DNA from: Sedimentisphaerales bacterium
GTDB taxonomy: Bacteria; Planctomycetota; Phycisphaerae; Sedimentisphaerales; Anaerobacaceae
Direction: 5' to 3'
Length of the DNA: 64,000 bases
Assembly: GCA_963708075.1 (NCBI GenBank)
Contig: OY970194.1
Coordinates: forward strand, 7,360,001-7,424,000
This document shows, one piece after another, positions 30,401-40,347 of the stretch. The notes under the pieces were generated by a model. That model had not been told where the DNA came from, ran no database searches, and saw only the letters and a program-made list of their open reading frames with translations. The position numbers and the translations under genes were made by a program. Every line of letters starts with the position of its first letter. The first letter of the stretch is position 1.

Positions 30401-32047
30401 TCCACAGGCGGCCCTGCCACGCCGGTCGGCGTGTCTCCTGCCGCAGTCAAGTACACCGGACCGGTGACACTGAACAAGAGCATGCACATCAAAGCTCGTA
30501 CACGCAGCGGCAGCACGTGGAGTGCGTTGAATGAGGCGGTCTTTGCGGTCGGGCCGGTGGCTGAGAACCTGCGGATCAGCGAGATCATGTTCCATCCGAT
30601 GGATACCGGCAATCCCGATGATCCCAATACCGAGTTCATCGAGCTGACCAATATCGGCAGTTCAACGATCAATCTGAGCCTCGTGTCGTTCTCCAACGGC
30701 GTCGATTTCACCTTCCCCAGCTATGACCTGGCCGCCGGACGCTACTGTGTCGTGGTCAGAGATAGGACAGCCTTCCAGGCCAAGTACGGCTCCAGTTTGC
30801 CTGTGGCCGGCCAGTATGCGGGCAATCTGAACAATGCGGGCGAGCGGATCGAATTGCTCGATGCCGCGGGAACGATCATTCACGATTTCCGCTTCGAAGA
30901 CAACTGGTTCGATATCGCCGACGGGCTGGGCTTCTCGCTGACAGTGAAAGCCCCCGGGACGGCGGACCCGAACGGCTATGACGATAAGAGCCTGTGGCGG
31001 CCCAGCGCCAAGGCGGGCGGCTCGCCCGGTACTGACGACAGCGGCCAGGTGCCTGCCCTTGGCTCAGTAGTCATCAACGAGCTTTTGGCCAACTCCGGGC
31101 AGGAGTCCGACTGGATCGAGCTGCACAATACGACCGGTCAGGCGATCAACATCGGCGGCTGGTATCTCAGCGATGACGCCAACGATCTGACCAAGTACAA
31201 AATCGGTGCGGGTACGAGCCTTGCGGCCAATGGATATCTCGTGTTCTACGAGAATCGCCACTTCGGCAACAAATCCGATCCCGGCTGCAAGAAGGAATTT
31301 GGCCTGCGTGCGAGCGGTGAGACGGTGTACCTGCACTCGGGCTCCGCAGGCGTGCTGACCGGCTATAGCGAGCAGGAGAAATTCGACGCCTCGGAAGCAG
31401 GCGTAACTCTGGGCCGCTATGAAAAGAGCACGGGCACATACAACTTTGTGGCCCTGATCAACGCCACGTCAGGTGCGGCTAATGCCGCTGCGAAGGTGGG
31501 TCCAATTGTGATCAATGAGATCATGTACCATCCGGATGCAGTTGCCGACGCGGAGTACGTGGAGCTACTCAATACCAGCGGCAGTTCTGTAACGCTGTAC
31601 GATGCAGTGGAGCAAGCTCCCTGGCGGTTCAGCGACGACGCGGGGATTGAGTTTCTGTTTCCCACGGACCCGCCCATGACGCTCGCGGCGGGCGAGTACC
31701 TGCTGCTGGTGAAGGATCTGAGCTCCTTCAGCGCCAAGTACACGCCTGCGGCAGGGGTGAAGATCTTCGCCTGGGGCGCCGGCAATCTGGCCAATGGCAG
31801 CGAGAAGATTCAGCTCAGTAAGCCCGGCGAGGCCGATGCCGACGGCGTGCACGACTGGATTCGCGTGGACCGGGTGGTCTACAGCGACGGCTCGCATCCG
31901 CAGGATTTCCCGGGCGGGACTGACGCGTGGCCGACGAAAGCGGACGGCCAGGGCTCGTCCCTGAGCCGGACCACGCCGGCCGGCTATGGCAATGACGCCG
32001 GCAACTGGCACGCGGCCACCCCGTCACCGGGCACAGCAAACAACTGA
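27476..32047 (+). CDS. Secreted lamin-tail-domain / chitobiase-Fn3 / CotH kinase multidomain protein
   Basis: Four LTD starts ('VVINEF','LRISEIM','VVINEL','IVINEIM'); 'IYYTTDG'; CotH-like 'RIRGGYSR','KHAFRLFFR','LYIDGQYWGL','HDAEH'. Confidence 0.85.
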   Translation: MMRGSKEVPISLVMFILGLTCLQGGGLRAQGDGPPVVINEFLASNSGDRYLDPQGEPADWVELYNPAETPIDVAGCYLTDNLSAPTKWQIPTGRGGETTIPPHGYLLIWADKDVTDPGLHADFSLDADGEDLAVFDNDGVTLIDSVTFDQQMTDVSYGRFPDGSESWSQMTFPSPGLANFRIYQGFVKEPKFSFDHGFYDREISVTITCETEGAMIYYTTDGTDPYSATAARPSATAMVYNAPVRINRTTCLRASGIKIGWYASPIETRTYIFIADVIKQSPTGAYPGRGWPTGSVNGQSIDYGMDPDVVNDPRYKDLMDDALLAIPSISLVTDPANLFDSQKGIYVNARMQGEAWERPVSVELIHPDDTEGFQIDAGLRIRGGYSRSGSNPKHAFRLFFRTEYGASTLKYPLFGDEGVEEFDAIDLRTSQNYSWSYEGDSSPHDTFVREVFSRDTQRDMGQPYTRSRYYHLYIDGQYWGLFQTQERSEASYAESYFGPAREDYDIVKSRAGNGGYDVEATDGTLDAWRRLWDASIAGFNNDATYYRVQGLNPDGTPNPAYEKLLDVDNLIDYMLCTYYVGDPDGPVSAWALVCNNFYGIYNRVQPDGFKLFRHDAEHSLYDPQESRLFAASTVRVGQQFNQSNPLWMHTHLILHPEYRMRFADRVYEYFFNDGLLTPDQCIDRFMARAEQIDMPIIGESARWGDAKRSKPRTKDDDWLPDINGMVQDYFPRRTTVVLNQFKSQGWYPNVDPPTLTPGGGYVTTGSAVQMQSSRDIYYTLDGADPRLPEKAGAAMPAGQTIVAENAAKRVLVPTGPVDDAWRTNIDFSDASWISGAGGVGYERGSGYESYFSIDLRAQMYNVNAGCYIRVPFTISAQDLASLTSLTLRVRYDDGFIAYLNGVEVRRDMFNGTPAWNSRATGNHDEEDAVTLMPFDLTGHIDKLHAGTNLLAIHGLNYSTSSSDFLISFDLVGEKASTGGPATPVGVSPAAVKYTGPVTLNKSMHIKARTRSGSTWSALNEAVFAVGPVAENLRISEIMFHPMDTGNPDDPNTEFIELTNIGSSTINLSLVSFSNGVDFTFPSYDLAAGRYCVVVRDRTAFQAKYGSSLPVAGQYAGNLNNAGERIELLDAAGTIIHDFRFEDNWFDIADGLGFSLTVKAPGTADPNGYDDKSLWRPSAKAGGSPGTDDSGQVPALGSVVINELLANSGQESDWIELHNTTGQAINIGGWYLSDDANDLTKYKIGAGTSLAANGYLVFYENRHFGNKSDPGCKKEFGLRASGETVYLHSGSAGVLTGYSEQEKFDASEAGVTLGRYEKSTGTYNFVALINATSGAANAAAKVGPIVINEIMYHPDAVADAEYVELLNTSGSSVTLYDAVEQAPWRFSDDAGIEFLFPTDPPMTLAAGEYLLLVKDLSSFSAKYTPAAGVKIFAWGAGNLANGSEKIQLSKPGEADADGVHDWIRVDRVVYSDGSHPQDFPGGTDAWPTKADGQGSSLSRTTPAGYGNDAGNWHAATPSPGTANN

Positions 32048-32163
32048 GGCAGCGGCGAATAGGCCGATTGTGTTGCTGCCGGCCGGAAGAGCCTTCCTCG
32101 CCGGCGCTATCATCCTCCGCAGCGGCGTGGACTTCCACGTGCCGTGGCAGTTAAGGATTGGCT

Positions 32164-32712
32164 ATGGCGTTTGAAGCTGAGTCTGGGCAGGTGTTCAGGT
32201 ATTGTCCGAAGTGCGGGGCGGCGGCGCTGCGGATGGTGGGAGGCAAACTGCTGCGGTGCGAGGCTTGCGGGTTTGAGTTCTATCTGAACGCGGCGGCGGC
32301 GGTGGCGGGGGTAATCGTGGATGGCCAGGGCCGGCTGCTGATCACGGTGCGAGGCAAGGAGCCGGGTAAAGGCAAGTGGGACCTGCCGGGCGGGTTCGTC
32401 GACCCGGGCGAGTCGGCGGAGGAGGCCTTGCAGCGGGAGGTCCGCGAGGAGGTGGGACTGGAGGTCACGGCCATGCGATACCTGGGCTCCCATCCGAATA
32501 CATACGACTACATGGGGGTACGGTACAGCACGATGGATATGGGTTTTGTCTGCCAGGTGACGGACCTTTCGCAGGCGGCAGCCCGGGAGAGCGACATCGA
32601 GGCAGTCCTCTTCAGGCACCCTGAGGACATCGATCCGGCCCGGTTTGCCTTCCGCTCGCTCGCCAGGCTCGTGGAGCGGTATCTGGCAGAGGGGAAAGAC
32701 GCAAGAACCTGA
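32164..32712 (+). CDS. NUDIX hydrolase with N-terminal Zn ribbon
   Basis: 'CPKCG..CEACG'; Nudix box 'GGFVDPGESAEEALQREVREEVG'. Confidence 0.92.
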   Translation: MAFEAESGQVFRYCPKCGAAALRMVGGKLLRCEACGFEFYLNAAAAVAGVIVDGQGRLLITVRGKEPGKGKWDLPGGFVDPGESAEEALQREVREEVGLEVTAMRYLGSHPNTYDYMGVRYSTMDMGFVCQVTDLSQAAARESDIEAVLFRHPEDIDPARFAFRSLARLVERYLAEGKDART

Positions 32713-32745
32713 AAGAGCGGGCACCGGGGTCCGAGAATAATTCTA

Positions 32746-32774
32746 TTGCACGCCTATGTATCTTCTGGTACAAT
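32746..32774 (+). promoter_or_regulatory. Sigma70-like promoter
   Basis: TTGCAC-17 nt-TACAAT about 390 nt upstream of the PA14 gene. Confidence 0.6.
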
Positions 32775-33168
32775 GCAGCCGTTACGTGGGTTTTGGGTCT
32801 GTGCGTGCCGCTCGGCAGTGAGCGGGATGGTTTCGGAGCGCTGATAAGAGGCCTGTAAACGGGTCGGGGTCGGAGGCTCTCGGCACAGTGGGTCTGATCG
32901 CGTACAACGTGGGTGGGGGAGCAGGGTGCACGTCTCCGTGGCATTTCGGATGTACTCTTTTCTTTTCGCGGGGATGGCGTTTTCGCAGAAAGGGGGTGCG
33001 AGAGGAGATTCCATGATCTCAGAGCAAGTGGCGGGGGATTTGTGTCGATGAACGATCCATCAGGCGGGCTCGCGTCGGCAGGCAGCGTGCGTGACGCGTG
33101 GCGGAGGATAGTGCTTTGGCGCGTGGCCAAGGCATGGGTACCGCAGTCTCAGTAGAAGGAGGATCATT

Positions 33169-36100
33169 ATGTGGAGAATATCATTGTTGAGTGTGGTCGC
33201 GGCTGTGCTGCTTCTGGGCGGCATAACCCAGGCGGCCCGCGACGTCACCGCTCCGGGGGATGTCATACTCCCTGTCCCTAACGATGGCGACTGGCCGGGC
33301 AACGAACGGGTCCCTCAGGCCATTGACAACCAGGTTGTGACCAAGTATCTGCACTTCAAGGGGGAGACGCAGCCGACAGGTTTCCAAGTGACGCTCAGCG
33401 CCGGTGCGATTGTGGTGACAGGGATCAATCTCTGCTCGGCCAACGACGCGGAGGATCGCGACCCCGTCAAGTACGAGCTGTCCGGCTCCAACGTCAGCAT
33501 CGATGGGCCGTACACCTTGATTGCCAAGGGCGATGTCAAGGACTTCGCCGGGTCGGCGGTGTGGCCGCGGCGTACGTGGCTCAAGACGCCCATCAAGTTC
33601 GCCAACACCGTGTCGTACAAGCACTATCAGTTGATGTTCTCGGCCATTCGCATGTCGATAACCGGGGCGAGCACCGACAGCATGCAGATCGCCGAAGTCG
33701 AGCTGCTGGCGGACGTGTTCACCGCGACCACGCCGGACCCGGCCAACGGGAAGACAGGCGTGACCATGGCCTTCCTTCAGTGGAAGGCCGGCGACACGGC
33801 AAAATTCCATGATGTCTATCTCGGCACGGACCCGGCGGCGCTGACCAAGGTTGTCAATCCTATGCCGACGTATGCGATGTATATGTACCAGGGGACTCTG
33901 GAGCCGGGAGTGACCTACTACTGGCGTGTGGATGAGCGCGACGTGGCCGGCACTGTATATACAGGCGAAGTGTGGAGCTTCACCGTCCAGCCTCTGACCG
34001 CCAACAGCCCCACGCCGCTGGACGGCGACAAATGGATCGATCCGGCAGTCGAGCTGACCTGGCTTCCCGGCCAGCAGAACGCCGCAACCCACGTCGTATA
34101 TTTTGACACCGACAAGGCAAAAGTGGTCGCACGCGATCCCAGCGTGCTCAAGGCCACTCAGCCGGCCATGAGCTTCAATCCGGGGCTGCTGGCACAGGAT
34201 ACTACCTACTACTGGGCGGTCGATGAAGTCGTCAGTACCGGGAATGTTCTCGGGGAGGTCTGGTCCTTCACTACGATCGGTCCGAATCCGGGCGGCATCA
34301 AGGGCGAGTACTTCAGCAACACCAGCCTGAACGGCCTGCCTGCCCTGACGCGAATCGACCCGGCGGTCAACTTCAATCTGGTTGGCGTCGGGCCGGGCGA
34401 CCCGATTCCCGTCGATGGCTGGTCAGCCCGGTGGACAGCAGACCTTGATGTTACCAGGGCCGACACGTATATGTTCGCTGTCAACTGCCAGGATGGCACC
34501 AAGCTGTGGATCGACGGCAAACTGCTCGTTGACCAGTGGGTCACCCCCACAGTCACGAGCAAGTACTTCTCCCTGCCGATCTACCTGGATAAGGGCGTCC
34601 ATTCGCTGGTACTGGAGTACTTTGACAGCGGTGGCGACGCTGTGGAGCAGTTGTACTGGTCGACGGCGACGATGGCCGAGGTGATAGTCCCGGCCGGCCC
34701 GCTGCAGCCTCCGGTTCGGGCCAGGGCGATCTATCCGCAGGACAAAGACGTCAATACCCCGCAGGATGTGGTCCTGACGTGGTCCGTCGGCGAGAAGACA
34801 GCCACGCATGATGTGTACTTCGGTGAGGACAAGGCGGCTGTTGAGGCAGCTACCCCGGCCGATGCGGCCGTCTATAAGGGCAGCCAGACGAAGGACGAGA
34901 ATTCCTGGACCGCGAGCGGCCTCGACTGGAACAAGACCTACTATTGGCGAGTGGACGAAGTGAATACCGCCGATGAGGGCAGCCCATGGAAGAGCAGTGT
35001 CTGGAGCTTCACCACGGCCGATTTCATCGTAGTCGATGACTTCGAGAGCTACACCAATAGTTCGCCGTATCGTGTTTTCCAGACCTGGATCGACGGCTGG
35101 GGCTTCTCGGCTGACGAGTTCTTCGCCGCCGATAATCCTGGCAATAGCAGCAGTTCAACGGTCGGACACGACATCTGGACAGCCGGTACCTCGTACTCGG
35201 CGATCGTTGAGACGTCGATCATCAATCCGGGCAGCGGCGGGCAGTCGATGCCTTTCGACTACAACAACGCCACGAACCCGTACTTCAGTGAGACGGATCG
35301 GACCTGGAGCTCCGCTCAGAACTGGAAGGTCAACGGCGTGACGGACCTGGTCCTCTACTTCCGGGGCAATCCGGCCAGGTTCCTTGAGACGGCTACCGGC
35401 ATCAGCATGAGCGCCGCCGGCGCCGACATCTATGGCGCCACCGACGAGTTCCGTTTCGCCTGGAAACGTCTGTCGGGCGATGGCTCGATCGCGATCCGCG
35501 TCGACAGCGTCCAGACCGTCAACTCCTGGACCAAGGCCGGCGTGATGATTCGTGAGAGTCTCGATCCGCTGGCGATGCAGGTGCACATGGTCACCGGCGC
35601 CCAGCAGCAGGTAGTGGAGTGGATGTACCGTGCCATCACCAACGACACAGTTGTCACCAACTTCAACACTACCGGTGGCACAAACCCGTTGCCGGCCTGG
35701 GTCCGGATCACTCGCGCGGGGAACGTCTTCACGGGCGAGTACTCGAAGGATGGAACGACCTGGACGAAGATCACACAGGCCGATGGAACCGCGTCCTCCT
35801 TCACCCTGACCATGCCCGCCACCGTCTACATCGGCATGGTGGTTTCGAGCCATGTGACGAACGTTGTGGCCAGTGCCCAGTTCTCGGACATCAAGACCAC
35901 GGGCAACGTCACTGGTGCCTGGCAGGCAACCGATGTTGGTGTCGTGCATCCAGGCAACGAGGCCGCTCAGTTGTATGTCGCTTTGCAGGATAGCAGCAAT
36001 AAGCTCGCCGTTGTGAACTACCCGAGCCTTGAGGCCGTCCTGACGACGACATGGACGCAGTGGAAGATCCCGCTGAGCCAGTTCACCGGCGTGAACGTCG

Positions 36101-36204
36101 GGGCGATCAAGAAGATGTACATCGGCGTAGGCAACCGTACGGCCGGCGCGATGGACGGCCACGGCAGTCTGTACATCGATGACATCCGCGTGATGAAGCC
36201 GTAA
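33169..36204 (+). CDS. Secreted multidomain protein: discoidin-like head, Fn3-like repeats, PA14, C-terminal beta-sandwich module
   Basis: 'TYYWRVDE..GEVWSFT' repeats; PA14 'KGEYF..RIDPAVNF..SARW..DGTKLWID'; ends 'LYIDDIRV'. Confidence 0.85.
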   Translation: MWRISLLSVVAAVLLLGGITQAARDVTAPGDVILPVPNDGDWPGNERVPQAIDNQVVTKYLHFKGETQPTGFQVTLSAGAIVVTGINLCSANDAEDRDPVKYELSGSNVSIDGPYTLIAKGDVKDFAGSAVWPRRTWLKTPIKFANTVSYKHYQLMFSAIRMSITGASTDSMQIAEVELLADVFTATTPDPANGKTGVTMAFLQWKAGDTAKFHDVYLGTDPAALTKVVNPMPTYAMYMYQGTLEPGVTYYWRVDERDVAGTVYTGEVWSFTVQPLTANSPTPLDGDKWIDPAVELTWLPGQQNAATHVVYFDTDKAKVVARDPSVLKATQPAMSFNPGLLAQDTTYYWAVDEVVSTGNVLGEVWSFTTIGPNPGGIKGEYFSNTSLNGLPALTRIDPAVNFNLVGVGPGDPIPVDGWSARWTADLDVTRADTYMFAVNCQDGTKLWIDGKLLVDQWVTPTVTSKYFSLPIYLDKGVHSLVLEYFDSGGDAVEQLYWSTATMAEVIVPAGPLQPPVRARAIYPQDKDVNTPQDVVLTWSVGEKTATHDVYFGEDKAAVEAATPADAAVYKGSQTKDENSWTASGLDWNKTYYWRVDEVNTADEGSPWKSSVWSFTTADFIVVDDFESYTNSSPYRVFQTWIDGWGFSADEFFAADNPGNSSSSTVGHDIWTAGTSYSAIVETSIINPGSGGQSMPFDYNNATNPYFSETDRTWSSAQNWKVNGVTDLVLYFRGNPARFLETATGISMSAAGADIYGATDEFRFAWKRLSGDGSIAIRVDSVQTVNSWTKAGVMIRESLDPLAMQVHMVTGAQQQVVEWMYRAITNDTVVTNFNTTGGTNPLPAWVRITRAGNVFTGEYSKDGTTWTKITQADGTASSFTLTMPATVYIGMVVSSHVTNVVASAQFSDIKTTGNVTGAWQATDVGVVHPGNEAAQLYVALQDSSNKLAVVNYPSLEAVLTTTWTQWKIPLSQFTGVNVGAIKKMYIGVGNRTAGAMDGHGSLYIDDIRVMKP

Positions 36205-36273
36205 CCGGGATTAGTGGGTGAATGCCGCGATGGGTGGTCACCCGTCGAGGTACTCATCGCAACAGGCAGTATG

Positions 36274-36310
36274 AATCGGGGCCTGTGTCTTCGTGGCACA
36301 GGCCCCGGTT
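36274..36310 (+). terminator. Hairpin/terminator after PA14 paralog 1
   Basis: AATCGGGGCCTGTG-loop-CACAGGCCCCGGTT. Confidence 0.6.
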
Positions 36311-36988
36311 GTTCACTCTGCGTGGACAAGCTCCGGCCTCTACGCTCCACACGATTCTCCGCTACATTCGTTAAAGTCCCTCCATCCCGCACCCGAAAGA
36401 GCGTGTACAAGCGGGCGACTCTTCAGACTCGCCCATACGCTCACCAAGGGAGAGCAAGGATCGTGATGTTGCAGACAACCGAAGGGATTTTTGTCGCAAG
36501 CCGTCGCCGGCCCGACCCCATTGCCACGGCCGATGAGACCGTCATTCCAGCCCCTCATCCTCGGAGAGCATCGGCCCACAAAAGCGGCGGAATTTCGCTT
36601 GCAATGCAGCCGCTCCATCGGATATAAGGAGACATAGATCGACCTGTGAGTTGTCGTTTCCAGACGCCGAGTTTGTACAACGCATCAACAAGGGACGAGC
36701 ACCGTTCTTCGGATGGGTCCCTCGTAAGACTCTGTATCGCATGGACGAAAGAGTCACCGGTCTCACATCTTGTTCTCTCGAATCATACCAGGGAAGGAGG
36801 TAGGGTCGGGTCCCATAGCCAGCAACTCCTCCAGGCAAGAGGCCAAACGTGGGTGGAGACGCCAGCCGCATCGCTGCGTGCAAGGCATACCGGGCAGATC
36901 CCGAGCCCTGGGCTCATGCAGGACAGGCGGTGTTTTACGTGTGGGTGAAGACGTGGGTTTACGAGTCTCAGTGTGAAGGAGGTCAGTC

Positions 36989-39900
36989 ATGTACAGAAAA
37001 CTGTTCCTGGTTGCTTTTGTGGTGCTCTCAGTACTGATTCAGGGCGGTGCCGCCCTGGGTGCCGGTGGCTCGCTCCTCGGACGGTGGATGTGTGACGAGG
37101 GCCAGGGCAACACGGTGTCCGATTCGTCGGGCAACAAACGTCACGGCAGGTTCGTGAATGGCGCGGCCGCCTGGACGACGGGTCATGCCGGTAGCGCCGT
37201 CCAGTTGGTCGCTCCGACGCTGGTCGAAATCCCGAACATCAACATGACCCTGAGCGAGGCGACCATGGCCGGCTGGGTTTTCGCAGACGGGCCGCAACCC
37301 AATTGGGCAGCCATGATCATGCACCGCGGCAGCGGCTCGGCCCACGGCTTCAACTTGACGGCTGATGACGGCCGGCCGGCGCTGGCCTATCACTGGAATG
37401 ACGATTCGGCAACATGGGGCGCGCGTACCCAGGCCGTCTATCCGCTCAATGAGTGGACCCACTGCGCGTTGACGATACAGCCCACAAAGGCGACGTTCTA
37501 CATTAACGGTGCCGAGGCCCACGTCGTCACCGTTCGCCATAACCCTGCGAACTGGAACCAGCCTTTCCATCTGGGGGGAGATGGCGGCTCCGGCTATGTG
37601 GACCGCAGAATGAAGGGGGCCCTGGACGATGTCGTGTTCTTCAGCCGGGCACTTGACGCACAGCAGGTCGCGGGCCTGATGGCCGGCACGCTGCCTGTGT
37701 TCTTGAAAGCCGAGAAGCCCACTCCCGCCGATGGAGCGACCGGCATCAACATGCCTGTGACGTGGCTGCAATGGACGCCCGGCGAGAAGTCTATATACGA
37801 GGATGTCTATCTCGGCACGACCCCTGAGCTTACGGCCGAGAATCGTGTGGTCCAACAACCGGCCGCCATGAAGATGTATATCCAGGTGACGCCTCCGCTG
37901 GAGCCTGGTCAGACATACTATTGGCGTGTGGACTCGCTGGACATCACCAAGAACCTGCTTGCGACGGGCGACGTGTGGAGGTTTACCGTTCTGGCCTTGA
38001 AGGCCTCCTTCCCGAGTCCCGCGGATGGCGCCACAGGCGAATTCCCCGGTCTTGTCCTGACCTGGATGAAGGGCAGGGATGCCGCGAGTCACCGCGTGTA
38101 CTTTGGCTCCGACGCAGCGGCGGTCGCCGGCGGCGCCGCGGATGCCGACAAAGGCCCCGCGGACGAGCCCAGCTTCAATACCGGCGCCCTGAGGGCCTCC
38201 ACGACCTACTATTGGCGCGTGGATACGATAAACCTCGATGAGACTGTCCTGCAGGGTGACGTGTGGAGTTTCTCTACTGTGGATGCGGGCCCCGCGGGCA
38301 AGATCACACGTGAGTGGTGGTCCGGCATCGGCGGCACGGCGATCAACCTTCTGACCGGTGACGCGGCTTATCCTAAGAGCCCGACAGGCAGGGAATACGT
38401 CGATCAGTTTGCAGGCCCCGTTGACTGGGCGGACAACTACGGCCAGCGCCTATATGGCTGGCTCAAGCCGCCTCAGACGGGTGATTACACCTTCTGGGTT
38501 TCCGGCGATGACGATCAGCAGTTGTGGCTGAGCACGGATGAGAATCCGAGCAATGGCGTGATGATCGCCAGTGTGTCCGGCTATACCGGGGCACAGGAGT
38601 GGGAAAAGTTCGCGAGCCAGAAATCTGCTCCTGTTAGCTTGAACGCGGGGCAGAAGTACTTCATCATGGCCCTGGGCAAAGACGGCGGCGGCGGTGACAG
38701 CACCGCGGTTGCATGGCAAGGCGGGCCTATTGCCGCTCGGGAAGTGATCAAGGCCGAGTATGTCGATGCGTTCGCTCTGTTGCCTCTGGTAGCCTTTGGG
38801 CCTATCCCGACGAATGGCGCCGTGGACACGATACAGACGCTCACCCTGACCTGGAACGCGGGCGATAGGGCGCAGCAGCATGCGGTGTACTTGGGCGATG
38901 ACGCCAACGCCGTTGCCGCCGCCGATGCCTCCAGCCCGCTGTTCAAAGGCGAACAAGCCACCGCCAGCTTTGACACCGGCGCGCTGGAGTGGGGCAAGAC
39001 CTACTACTGGCGCGTGGATGAGATCAGTGCCGGTGAGGCCGGCAGCCCGTGGAAAGGCAGAGTCTGGAGTTTCACCACGGCCAGCTACCTTCCTGTCGAT
39101 GACTTCGAGAGCTACACCAATGACTCGCCGAACCGCGTATTCCAGACCTGGATCGATGGCTGGGGATTCTCCGAAGACGAGTTCTTCCCCACCGGCAATC
39201 CGGGCAATAGTACCGGCTCGACAGTCGGACATGACATCTGGACCGCCGGCAGTCCTCATTTCGGCCAGACGATCGTTGAGACTTCGATCGTCGCTCCCGG
39301 TGGCAGCAAACAATCCATGCCGTTCGAGTACAGCAACGTCGACAACCCGTTCTACTCTGAGACCGAGCGGACGTTTGCCTCGCCTCAGAACTGGACACTC
39401 AATGGCATGGACACGCTTAGCCTGCAGGTCCGCGGCTATTCGGACGTGAACAACGTGGCCGTCACCGAGACCGGCGGCAAGATGAGTCTGACCGGCGCCG
39501 GCGCCGATATCTGGGGCGCCAGCGATGAGTTCACTTTTGCCTACAAGACCCTCAACGGCGACGGCTCGCTGATTGCCAAGGTCGTCAGCACCGGCACCGG
39601 GTCCAGCCGCTGGGCCAAAGGCGGCGCGATGATTCGCGACAGCCTCGAAGGCAGATCGGCAAGTGCACAGATGGTCTTGACAGGCGGCGATGGCAACGGA
39701 GGTGCTTTCCAGAATCGCGCGACGGCCGGTCTGGACATGCAGGCCAACGACGCCACCTCCAACATCACGATGACCAACGCGATCGCACCGCCATACTGGG
39801 TCAAGATCGATCGCCGTGGCGACACCATCACAGGCTATATTTCCTCCGACGGTGCGGCCTGGGCCGCGATCAACTCAGTGGATATCGTGATGACTGCTCC

Positions 39901-40288
39901 GGTCTACATTGGTCTGTGCGTGACTTCCCACGCTGCCAACGAGGATCGGACCTTCCAGTTCGAGAACATCTCGACCACCGGCGGTGTCACCGGGGCCTGG
40001 CAGGGCGCTGTGATCGACAGCCCACGGAACAACGGCCCGCAGAACCTGTATGTTGCTCTTCAGGACAGCAATAACAAGACGGCTGTGGTGACCGATGCCA
40101 CGGCGGTGAACTCCGCGACCTGGGTTGAGGTCAGGATGCCGCTGAGCAGATTCACCGGCATCAGCGTCAACAAGATCAAGAAGATGTTCATCGGCGTCGG
40201 CGACCGGAACGCTACGTCGGCGGACGGCACGGGTATGCTGTTCATTGACGACATCCGGGTCATCAAGCCGGCTTCCGCCGGACAGTAG
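36989..40288 (+). CDS. Secreted multidomain protein: LamG head, Fn3-like repeats, PA14, C-terminal beta-sandwich module
   Basis: LamG 'WTHCALT','ALDDVVFFSRAL'; PA14 'NYGQRLYGWL..TGDYTFWVSGDD'; ends 'LFIDDIRV'. Confidence 0.85.
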   Translation: MYRKLFLVAFVVLSVLIQGGAALGAGGSLLGRWMCDEGQGNTVSDSSGNKRHGRFVNGAAAWTTGHAGSAVQLVAPTLVEIPNINMTLSEATMAGWVFADGPQPNWAAMIMHRGSGSAHGFNLTADDGRPALAYHWNDDSATWGARTQAVYPLNEWTHCALTIQPTKATFYINGAEAHVVTVRHNPANWNQPFHLGGDGGSGYVDRRMKGALDDVVFFSRALDAQQVAGLMAGTLPVFLKAEKPTPADGATGINMPVTWLQWTPGEKSIYEDVYLGTTPELTAENRVVQQPAAMKMYIQVTPPLEPGQTYYWRVDSLDITKNLLATGDVWRFTVLALKASFPSPADGATGEFPGLVLTWMKGRDAASHRVYFGSDAAAVAGGAADADKGPADEPSFNTGALRASTTYYWRVDTINLDETVLQGDVWSFSTVDAGPAGKITREWWSGIGGTAINLLTGDAAYPKSPTGREYVDQFAGPVDWADNYGQRLYGWLKPPQTGDYTFWVSGDDDQQLWLSTDENPSNGVMIASVSGYTGAQEWEKFASQKSAPVSLNAGQKYFIMALGKDGGGGDSTAVAWQGGPIAAREVIKAEYVDAFALLPLVAFGPIPTNGAVDTIQTLTLTWNAGDRAQQHAVYLGDDANAVAAADASSPLFKGEQATASFDTGALEWGKTYYWRVDEISAGEAGSPWKGRVWSFTTASYLPVDDFESYTNDSPNRVFQTWIDGWGFSEDEFFPTGNPGNSTGSTVGHDIWTAGSPHFGQTIVETSIVAPGGSKQSMPFEYSNVDNPFYSETERTFASPQNWTLNGMDTLSLQVRGYSDVNNVAVTETGGKMSLTGAGADIWGASDEFTFAYKTLNGDGSLIAKVVSTGTGSSRWAKGGAMIRDSLEGRSASAQMVLTGGDGNGGAFQNRATAGLDMQANDATSNITMTNAIAPPYWVKIDRRGDTITGYISSDGAAWAAINSVDIVMTAPVYIGLCVTSHAANEDRTFQFENISTTGGVTGAWQGAVIDSPRNNGPQNLYVALQDSNNKTAVVTDATAVNSATWVEVRMPLSRFTGISVNKIKKMFIGVGDRNATSADGTGMLFIDDIRVIKPASAGQ

Positions 40289-40314
40289 TGCCTGCTGCTA
40301 CTTCGTGATACGTC

Positions 40315-40347
40315 CAGGGGCCCATGTCTCCGTGGCATGGGCCCCTG
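40315..40347 (+). terminator. Hairpin/terminator after PA14 paralog 2
   Basis: CAGGGGCCCATG-loop-CATGGGCCCCTG. Confidence 0.6.
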
